Position numbers and translations under genes: made by a program. Below the pieces are notes generated by a model, which was not told the DNA's origin, searched no databases, and saw nothing but the letters and a program-made list of their open reading frames with translations. Source: Candidatus Methylomirabilia bacterium (GTDB taxonomy: Bacteria; Methylomirabilota; Methylomirabilia; Rokubacteriales; CSP1-6). From it: a stretch of DNA of 11,276 bases. This document shows positions 1 through 6,255 of the stretch, piece by piece (position 1 is the first letter of the stretch; each line of letters begins with the position of its first letter). The DNA is taken from assembly GCA_046758965.1 (NCBI GenBank), contig JBHIBG010000088.1, forward strand, positions 1 to 11,276. The letters run 5' to 3'.

Positions 1-112
1 GTTCGGGCATGGGGGCGACGCCGGTAGCCTTCCCGATGATCATAGGGATTGACATGCCGACGGTGGCCAGCACTCCCCAACCGAATCCACTCCAGAAGCG
101 TTTACTGCTCAT
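1..112 (-). CDS. 5' part of a membrane protein gene (DUF6789-like), running off the left edge; MSSKRFWSGFGWGVLATVGMSIPMIIGKATGVAPMPE...
   Basis: ATG at 112-110 with AAGGAG (123-118) 5 nt upstream. 37 open codons to the edge, with a hydrophobic helix and a G..PMP motif recalled from DUF6789-type proteins. Not in the ORF track because it is truncated by the window. Confidence 0.75.
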   Translation of the reverse strand, partial: MSSKRFWSGFGWGVLATVGMSIPMIIGKATGVAPMPE

Positions 113-451
113 ATTATCTCCTTACCGCGGCCACTAGAAACCACGTCACGATCCCGATAATATCAAAGCGATCAGCTTGTCTCTACAAAGAAACAGGCCC
201 CGTGGGTCGCGTAGACGCGACTGAATGGGAACCTTGGGTGTCCGAGCGCATAAGGCTGGAGTGTTGCGGAGCGCCTTTCTCCCTAAATCTCCCTCAAACT
301 CTGCTGGCCTACCGACGGGGTGAGGAGCATGCCCGCATGGGGAGCGGCAGGCGGGAATTTCCGGAGGATCGGCCGTGTTTTAGGAGTATGAGCTGGTCGT
401 ACGCACATCTGCTAGGAGCGGGTAAGGCCGCGTAGGCATTGGAGGTGCGTC

Positions 452-1558
452 ATGCAGTCGCGTCGAGAGTTTCTCGGTTTGCTCAGCGGCTTGGCCGTCG
501 GCGCAAGCACGATCTGGCCGGGCCGGACCGTCCTCGCCGCACCGAGGCCCGCCGCCGCGGCAAAGGGGTGGTCCCTCGAGGATTTCGCGAACAACGTCCA
601 ATCCGGCGGCCCCCCGAAGGACGGTATCCCGCCCATCGATGACCCCAGCTACGTCACGGCCGCGAAGGCGGAGACGCTCCTGGGCCCGGAAGATGTCGTC
701 TTCGGGTTCGACTACCAGGGAGTGGTCAAAGCGTACCCCCAGAAGACCCTGGTCTGGCACGAGATCGTCAATGAGGAGGTTGGAGGTGAGAAGGTCTCGA
801 TCACCTACTGTCCCTTGACCGGCTCCGTCGTGGCCTTCCGGGGTCGGTCTCGCGCGGACGGAGCGATGCTGAGCTTCGGGACGACCGGCAAGCTCGTCAA
901 CAGCAACCTGCTCATGTACGATCGACAGACCGACAGTCAGTGGCCGCAGATCCTGGGCGTGGCGATTGCCGGTCCCAACAAGGGCGCCGTGCTCGAGGAG
1001 ATTCCCCTCGCCTGGACCACCTGGGCCCGCTGGCGCGAGCGACACCCGGCCTCTCTGGTCCTGTCCACCGACACCGGATACTTCCGGCCATACGGAACCG
1101 ACCCGTATGGCTCCTACGAACACTCTGGAACCTACTACGATTCCGGGGGGCTGTTCTTCCCGGTGATGGCGAGGGACGATCGGTTTCCGTCCAAGGAGGT
1201 CGTGGTCGGCGTCAAGGCCAATGGTGCGCAGCTCGCCATCCTGAAGCGGGAGCTTCGCGCCGAGACGGTCGCCAGCATGGACCTCGGGGGGTTGCCCCTG
1301 GCAGCCTTCTATGATCCGGGCCTGGACATGGTCCGCATGTATGTGCGGAGGGCGGCGGCAACGGTGCTGAGCTTCCGGTCCGACGGGGGCCGGATCGTGG
1401 ATGAGGTCACCGGCGCGCCTTGGACGCCTGACGGACGCTGCACGGAGGGGAGGCTGGCCGGGACTCGACTCCGCAGGCTAGCGGCCTACGAGGTGATGTG
1501 GTTCGCCTGGTACGCGTTCTACCCTCAGACACAAATGGGTAAGGCGACAAAGACCTGA
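452..1558 (+). CDS. DUF3179 domain-containing protein with a twin-arginine (Tat) signal peptide
   Basis: GGAGGT RBS at 441-446. N-terminal SRREFL plus hydrophobic stretch. Family motifs SGGPPKDGIPPID, WHEIVN, TYCPLTGS, NLLMYDRQTDSQWPQ and WFAWYAFYP. Confidence 0.9.
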   Translation: MQSRREFLGLLSGLAVGASTIWPGRTVLAAPRPAAAAKGWSLEDFANNVQSGGPPKDGIPPIDDPSYVTAAKAETLLGPEDVVFGFDYQGVVKAYPQKTLVWHEIVNEEVGGEKVSITYCPLTGSVVAFRGRSRADGAMLSFGTTGKLVNSNLLMYDRQTDSQWPQILGVAIAGPNKGAVLEEIPLAWTTWARWRERHPASLVLSTDTGYFRPYGTDPYGSYEHSGTYYDSGGLFFPVMARDDRFPSKEVVVGVKANGAQLAILKRELRAETVASMDLGGLPLAAFYDPGLDMVRMYVRRAAATVLSFRSDGGRIVDEVTGAPWTPDGRCTEGRLAGTRLRRLAAYEVMWFAWYAFYPQTQMGKATKT

Positions 1559-1587
1559 GGGGAGCGTCGGGGGGGAGGGTCGAGGTG

Positions 1588-2211
1588 ATGGCACTCACGA
1601 TCGCGCCGCTACGCGACCGGGTCGCCCGGCGGGCCGGACTGGTGGCCGCTCTCGGCTACGCGCTCGTCTATCTGTATTCCGTGGGGAACATCGTGGTGGC
1701 CCCGGGTGTGGACCTCGTTGCGGGAGCGACCGTTCCGTCAGCCTCGATCGTCGCCGACTGGAGCGCCAAGATCTGGAAGCCCATCGCCCCCTTCGTGTGG
1801 GAGCCCATTGCGGCTGTCTACCCGCTCCGCTCCGTAGGGGTGTTCCTCTCCCTCCCGAATCTCCTGCTGGCGCTCTCGTTCGGGGCGCTCGTCGGCCTCA
1901 ATGCCACCGTGGCTCTGGCCCGCGCCCGGCTGGGGCGCGGGGTTAGCGGGCGGGGCAGAACTCTGAGTGGGCTTCTGGCCTCCGCGCCAGGTCTCCTCAC
2001 CGGATTGACCTGCTGTGCGCCGACCGTTGTACTCGCGCTTGGCTCGCTGGCGGCGGGATTCACCGTCGCGGTCGTGGCCGTGCGCCCCTATTTCATCCCG
2101 GCTGCCGCGCTCGCCCTGGGGCTGAACCTGGCGTGGGGCCTGCGCCGGTTCACGTGCTCTCTGGCGCCTGTGGCGCGGGATCTCGCCTCTGCCCCGGGGC
2201 AGCGGCCCTGA
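1588..2211 (+). CDS. Uncharacterised multi-pass membrane protein with a vicinal Cys pair (GLTCCAP)
   Basis: GGAGG/GAGG upstream of GTG1585/ATG1588. About four hydrophobic segments, Cys-Cys at 2011-2016. Starts about 30 nt after the DUF3179 gene. Confidence 0.8.
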   Translation: MALTIAPLRDRVARRAGLVAALGYALVYLYSVGNIVVAPGVDLVAGATVPSASIVADWSAKIWKPIAPFVWEPIAAVYPLRSVGVFLSLPNLLLALSFGALVGLNATVALARARLGRGVSGRGRTLSGLLASAPGLLTGLTCCAPTVVLALGSLAAGFTVAVVAVRPYFIPAAALALGLNLAWGLRRFTCSLAPVARDLASAPGQRP

Positions 2212-2279
2212 CGCATCCGACCCACCCTGTCTGCCCTTAGCACTCCAGTTCGCACCCTCCGCCCGACCCTCTCGCCGGC

Positions 2280-2309
2280 TTGACCTCTCAACGGAGATTC
2301 GACTATTCT
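2280..2309 (+). promoter_or_regulatory. Candidate sigma70 promoter for the CDF gene
   Basis: TTGACC (2280-2285), 18-nt spacer, TATTCT (2304-2309), in a locally AT-richer intergenic stretch. Confidence 0.4.
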
Positions 2310-2466
2310 TATTGGCACATTCGGGTTCTCGTAGATCTGTGTGCCCACTTGATCGCTTGGACCGAGTCCGCGACTAGAACCTCTCTCGAGGCGCCAACCG
2401 CTCCCTCAGCTCTTCCCTTTACGGGCCCGCTCCGCCGAGGGCGCGGAGCTCCGGGAGGGTGAGTCG

Positions 2467-3429
2467 TTGAGCCGCCAGCGCCACCCGTTCGCGCATGCCC
2501 GCACGGCCGCCAGCCGCCACGCCGGGCGACTGATCTGGGCTCTCGGCCTGGCGGGCGGGTTCCTGGTCGTAGAAGTCCTCGGGGCGCTCTGGACCGGGAG
2601 TCTCGCGCTGCTCGCCGACGCCGGCCACATGCTCACGGACGTGGGAGGCTTGACCTTGAGCCTCCTCGCCGTGTGGTTTGCCCGAAAGCCTCCGACCCCG
2701 GCCAAAACGTTCGGCTATTTTCGGACGGAGATTCTCGCCGCTCTCGCTAACGGCGTGGTCTTGTTTGTCGTGTGCGGGTATATCCTCTTCGAGGCGTATC
2801 GCCGGGTGTGGGCGCCCCCGGAGATTCTGGCTGGCCCCATGTTGGTCATCGCGATCTTTGGTCTGGCAGTAAACCTGGTTGGAATGTGGCTCCTTCGTGC
2901 CGGCTCCGGCGAAAGCCTGAACCTCCGGGGGGCGTACCTCGAGGTGCTGAGCGATGCCGTCGGGTCCATCGGCGTGATCTCGGCCGCGGTCATTATCCAG
3001 ACGACCGGGTTCACGCGAGCCGATCCCCTGATCAGTGGCGCGATCGGGCTCTTCATTCTGCCGAGGGCGTGGGGGCTCATGCAGCAGGCCGTTCACATCC
3101 TGATGGAGGGAGTTCCGCCCCATCTGGACCTCGGAGAGATCGAGGAGGCCATGCGGGCGGCGCACGGCGTCCGGGCGGTGCATGATCTCCATGTCTGGAC
3201 CCTCACCTCGGGCAAAGAGGCGATGAGTGCCCATGTGCTCGTGGAAGATCTGGCGGACGGACAACATATCTTAGGGGATCTCCAACAGCTTCTGGGGGAG
3301 CGGTTCGCGATCGAGCACACCACGCTCCAGCTCGAGACCGATCGCTCTCCACTGCTCCAGATCGGGCGGGGTCCGGAAGGTGCTGCCGACGATCGCCCCG
3401 TGCCGAACCGAGACGCAGGCGCCCGGTGA
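2467..3429 (+). CDS. czcD: Cation diffusion facilitator (CDF) metal efflux transporter, CzcD/ZitB type
   Basis: TTG start 8 nt after GGAGG (2454-2458). SLALLADAGHMLTD (TM2 HxxxD), TFGYFRTEILAA, GAYLEVLSD (TM5 ExxxD, recalled from Cupriavidus CzcD), VHDLHVWTLT and HTTLQLE. Confidence 0.93.
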   Translation: MSRQRHPFAHARTAASRHAGRLIWALGLAGGFLVVEVLGALWTGSLALLADAGHMLTDVGGLTLSLLAVWFARKPPTPAKTFGYFRTEILAALANGVVLFVVCGYILFEAYRRVWAPPEILAGPMLVIAIFGLAVNLVGMWLLRAGSGESLNLRGAYLEVLSDAVGSIGVISAAVIIQTTGFTRADPLISGAIGLFILPRAWGLMQQAVHILMEGVPPHLDLGEIEEAMRAAHGVRAVHDLHVWTLTSGKEAMSAHVLVEDLADGQHILGDLQQLLGERFAIEHTTLQLETDRSPLLQIGRGPEGAADDRPVPNRDAGAR

Positions 3430-3800
3430 GACGAGGGTATGAGCCCGGGTGGTGGCTGATCCTCGGGATCCTCCTGAGCCCCGAGCTCGCCCAGGGCGCC
3501 GACCCTTCAACGGAGGTGAAGCGCCTGATCCACGAGCGGCGGGCCTTCATGGCGGAACTCGGAGCCAGCCTGCGCGCGGCCTGGGACAAGCTCGACAGTG
3601 GCGATCTGGCGACGCTGGAGCGTGGGGCGCGGCGGATCCGGGACGAAGCCTCTCGGCTCTCGGGACTTTTCCCGCCAGGGAGCTTCGGCGAGGGCAGCCG
3701 GGCGGGGGCGAGTATTTCCGAGCGGCAGGAAGAGTTCCGACGGCTGTCGAGGAACCTCCACAGGGCAGCGCAGGCCCGAGTCCTGGAGGCCGGACAGACT
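3426..3800 (+). pseudogene. Truncated cytochrome c' (class II cytochrome c)-like gene lacking the C-terminal CxxCH
   Basis: GTGA overlap with the CDF stop. Signal peptide, then ERRAFM..LG, LFPPGS..SRA..I.ER.EEF, as in cytochrome c'. No CxxCH found in any plus-strand frame after ~3770. The ORF tail to 4016 is antisense to other genes. End coordinate approximate. Confidence 0.65.
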
Positions 3801-3821
3801 AGGATCGCTCGGAGCGCCAGC

Positions 3822-3840
3822 TCCGGGTCAGGGACCCGGA
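3822..3840. terminator. GC-rich hairpin between convergent transcription units (possible terminator or RNA 3'-stabiliser)
   Basis: TCCGGGTC-AGG-GACCCGGA, a perfect 8-bp stem 11 nt past the small-ORF stop. No U-tract on the minus strand. Confidence 0.3.
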
Positions 3841-3851
3841 TGCCGGCGGGT

Positions 3852-3956
3852 TTATGTGTGGGCCAGGGTGGAAATCAGGAGCCCCGTGATGATAAACAGC
3901 AGCGCAGCGAGAAAACCCAGGATGCCACCCACCACGCCCCAACCGGTGTTGCTCAT
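3852..3956 (-). CDS. 34-aa single-transmembrane small protein MSNTGWGVVGGILGFLAALLFIITGLLISTLAHT
   Basis: ATG at 3956-3954, TAA at 3854-3852. AGGAG (3973-3969) and AAGGT (3967-3963) SD-like motifs upstream. Starts 17 nt after the amidohydrolase stop. GC-biased third positions and one continuous hydrophobic helix. Confidence 0.7.
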   Translation of the reverse strand: MSNTGWGVVGGILGFLAALLFIITGLLISTLAHT

Positions 3957-3973
3957 CGCTCGACCTTTCTCCT

Positions 3974-4828
3974 TCAGGCCTGGAGCCCCAGGATCCGCTG
4001 GGGGTTTTTCAGATAGATCTTCTCGAGGACCTCAGGCTTGTAGCCCTCGGTCTCGAACTCGCGGAAGAGCCGCTCGTGGCTCAGGACTGGGTAGTCCGAG
4101 CCAAACAGGACTTTGTCTTGGAGCCGGCCGTTGATCTCGCGCTTCAGGCTCTCCGGAAAGTACTTCGGCGCCCATCCTGAGGTCTCCATCACCACGTTGG
4201 CCTTGTGCAGCAGGATTGCGATCAGCTCGTCGTGCCAGGGCCAGGCCACGTGGCAGCAGATCACCGTGAGCTTCGGGAAGTCCGCGGCGACATCGTCGAT
4301 ATAGGGGATCGGGCGCATGTAATCCAGCTTCACCCCCATCCCGCCGGGGAGCCCGGCGCCCAGCCCGGTGGTGCCGGTGTGAAACTGCACGGGCACGCCG
4401 AGGGACTGGCAGAGATCCCAGATGGGGTAGAAGCGGTGATCGTTCGGGTAGAAGGCCTGGGCGCCCTGCTGGAACTTGACGCCGAGAAGCCCGAGCTCCT
4501 TCACCGCCCGCTCGATCTCATCGAGACCCTTCTTGCCCTTCCACGGGTCCACCATGGCCCACCCGCCCGCATAGGCCTCCGGGTACTTCCTCACCTGCTC
4601 GGCGATGTAGTCGTTGGGCGTGGCTGGCTCGCCGGTGCCCGCCTCGGCGTCCCAGGCAATGATGCAGCCCTTGACGCCGGCAGCGGTGAAGTCCCGAGCC
4701 ATCTCCTCGTCGGTCTTGAGCGGCTGCTCCGTCTTGTAGTAGACCTTCATGGCCTCGATGAACTTCCTGGTGGAGCGGTGCCACGGCGCCGTGGAGAGAT
4801 GGGCATGCACGTCGATCGCTCTGATCAT
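3974..4828 (-). CDS. Amidohydrolase family 2 metal-dependent hydrolase (CouO-like subfamily)
   Basis: IDVHAH, FHTG..G.GAGLPGG.G.KL.Y, DDVAADFP.L, HKANV..SGWAPKYFP and VLFGSDYP. ATG4828 follows GAGGTG; alternative start ATG4843. Confidence 0.9.
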   Translation of the reverse strand: MIRAIDVHAHLSTAPWHRSTRKFIEAMKVYYKTEQPLKTDEEMARDFTAAGVKGCIIAWDAEAGTGEPATPNDYIAEQVRKYPEAYAGGWAMVDPWKGKKGLDEIERAVKELGLLGVKFQQGAQAFYPNDHRFYPIWDLCQSLGVPVQFHTGTTGLGAGLPGGMGVKLDYMRPIPYIDDVAADFPKLTVICCHVAWPWHDELIAILLHKANVVMETSGWAPKYFPESLKREINGRLQDKVLFGSDYPVLSHERLFREFETEGYKPEVLEKIYLKNPQRILGLQA

Positions 4829-4886
4829 GACTTCACCTCGCATCTGACCTCCTGGAGCTTGTGGGGCCGGCCGTTGACTTCCTCGT

Positions 4887-5332
4887 TCACTTGAAGCGCG
4901 GCATAACCTTTTCGGCGAAGCGTCGCATGGAGCCCCGCACCGCCTCGTCGAAACGCTCGCGGCTCTCGTTCATGGGGAGGCCGAAGCCCGCGTACTCGCC
5001 CGGCTGGTAGCCCCGGCCGACCCCGAATCCAGGCGCCCTTCAGACAGGAGATCCACCATCGCCCACTCTTCAGCGATCCGGAGCGGATGGTTGAAGGGGA
5101 GAATGCAGACTGCGGTTCCGATATCCACGCGCCGCGTCTTCTGGGAGATGGCCCCGGCCAGCACGGCCATGGACGGGCAGATGCCGTACTCGGAGAAGTG
5201 GTGCTCGGCCAGCCAGACGGAGTCGAAGCCCAGCTCTTCCGCATAGACGGCCTGGGCGAGCGTGTCGCGGTAGACAGCCTCCTGCGCCTTCCAGTCGGGC
5301 CGCTCGAGGAGGAAGAAGAGTCCGAATTTCAC
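4887..5332 (-). pseudogene. LLM-class (luciferase-like) flavin-dependent oxidoreductase pseudogene
   Basis: GTG5332 with AGAGGAG RBS. KFGLF, AEELGFDSVWLAEHHF, IGTAV, HPLRIAEE..LLSEGRLD. After a 1-nt shift at ~5027 it continues FGVGRGYQPGEYAGFG..SRERFDEA, joined directly to a C-terminal-like VRGSMRRFAEKVMPRFK* (TGA 4889-4887). Confidence 0.88.
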
Positions 5333-5390
5333 GGTGTGGCTCCTCTCAGAGATTCGCCGCCGGTTCATGATCGCGCCACCGGACCCGCCC

Positions 5391-5396
5391 TGTCAA
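5391..5396 (-). promoter_or_regulatory. Perfect -35 hexamer facing the LLM/amidohydrolase unit
   Basis: TTGACA on the minus strand. The -10 at 17-18 nt (CGATCA/GATCAT) is poor. Confidence 0.3.
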
Positions 5397-5411
5397 CCGG
5401 GAGCGGTCACG

Positions 5412-5420
5412 TGCTATACT
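5412..5420 (+). promoter_or_regulatory. Extended -10 promoter for the GYD-AOR operon
   Basis: TGCTATACT matches TGnTATAnT, 34 nt upstream of GTG5455. Confidence 0.55.
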
Positions 5421-5454
5421 GAGCCCGCTTTCACTGGACATGGGGGGTGCCACC

Positions 5455-5772
5455 GTGGGCGTGTACATCATGCTGAGCAGTCTGAGTGACCAAGGGCGAA
5501 AAGTGCTCCGCCAACGGCCCGGCTGGATCCGGAGCGTCAATCGCGAAGTGGAGCGCATGGGGGCCAAGGTCATCGCACAGTACGCGGTCCTGGGCCCGTA
5601 CGACTTCGTGACGGTCCTCGAGGCCGCGGACAACGAGACAGTCTCCCGCATCTCGATCGAGCTGGGGGCGCGGGGATCGGTCCAGATCATGTCCATGGCA
5701 GCCATTCCGCTGGAGCAGTTCATCAGGCGCCTCCGGCGCCCGGCCCGGGCCAAGGACAGGAAGGCCCGCTGA
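5455..5772 (+). CDS. GYD domain-containing protein
   Basis: Y.ML..L.DQG.K, GAKV..QYAVLGPYDFVTVLEAAD, LGARGSVQ..SM.A. GTG5455 follows a G-rich RBS; alternative start ATG5440. Confidence 0.87.
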   Translation: MGVYIMLSSLSDQGRKVLRQRPGWIRSVNREVERMGAKVIAQYAVLGPYDFVTVLEAADNETVSRISIELGARGSVQIMSMAAIPLEQFIRRLRRPARAKDRKAR

Positions 5773-5781
5773 GCGCCGGCG

Positions 5782-6255
5782 TTGCAAGTCCTCAAGATCA
5801 TCCCTGAGAAGTGCACCGGGTGCCTCCGGTGCGAGCTTGCCTGCTCCTACATGCAGACGGGCGCCTTTCAGCCGTCCAAGTCGGTGATCCGCGTGGCCCC
5901 TTATGAGGCCCACACCAGCTATGCGCCTTACACCTGCTCCCAGTGCGCCGAGGGGTGGTGCATGGCCGCGTGCCCCGTCGGGGCCATTACCATCTCCCCC
6001 GCGGGAGCCAAGGTGGTCCTGGATGATCAGTGCGTGGGCTGCAAGCTCTGCACCATCGCCTGTCCCTACGGGACGATCTTCTACAACGCCGACACGGGCA
6101 AGGCCTTCAAGTGCAATCTCTGCGGCGGCGCCCCGGCCTGCGCGGAGGCCTGCCCCACCGCCGCCATCGTCTACGAGGACGTGGAAACCGCCGACTGGCT
6201 CGGTGAGTTCGTCGGTGATCGGTCAGCTGCGCTCCTCGCTGCGGGGGCGCGCTGA
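5782..6255 (+). CDS. Four-[4Fe-4S] electron-transfer subunit (DmsB/CooF/AorA-like)
   Basis: 16 Cys in four groups: CTGCLRCELAC, CSQCAEGWCMAACP, CVGCKLCTIACP and CNLCGGAPACAEACP. TTG start with a weak RBS. TGATG overlap with the next gene. Confidence 0.92.
   Translation: MQVLKIIPEKCTGCLRCELACSYMQTGAFQPSKSVIRVAPYEAHTSYAPYTCSQCAEGWCMAACPVGAITISPAGAKVVLDDQCVGCKLCTIACPYGTIFYNADTGKAFKCNLCGGAPACAEACPTAAIVYEDVETADWLGEFVGDRSAALLAAGAR

Noticed and set aside
49..435. 128-aa plus-strand ORF
   Set aside because: TTG start without a convincing RBS, no recognisable domain, and it overlaps the better-supported minus-strand gene and the intergenic region.
452..1558. Selenoprotein form of DUF3179
   Set aside because: No in-frame TGA before the terminal stop, and the motif residue is TGT (Cys).
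2212..2466. NiCo (czcD) riboswitch or MerR-type operator
   Set aside because: The recalled NiCo conserved segments are not evident. The promoter spacer is 18 nt rather than 19-20 nt and the dyad is only 4 bp.
3800..4016. C-terminal part of the 196-aa ORF as real protein
   Set aside because: It is the antisense of the small TM ORF and the amidohydrolase 3' end, and has no cytochrome features.
5025..5029. Programmed ribosomal frameshift in the LLM gene
   Set aside because: No slippery heptamer, and the gene also carries a large deletion, so decay is the simpler explanation.
4825..5244. 139-aa minus-strand ORF
   Set aside because: An alternative frame over the LLM pseudogene with no protein-like signal.
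5770..5772. Selenocysteine codon between the GYD and Fe-S genes
   Set aside because: The TGA follows a basic low-complexity tail and does not align with an expected Cys, and weak hairpins are common at this GC content.
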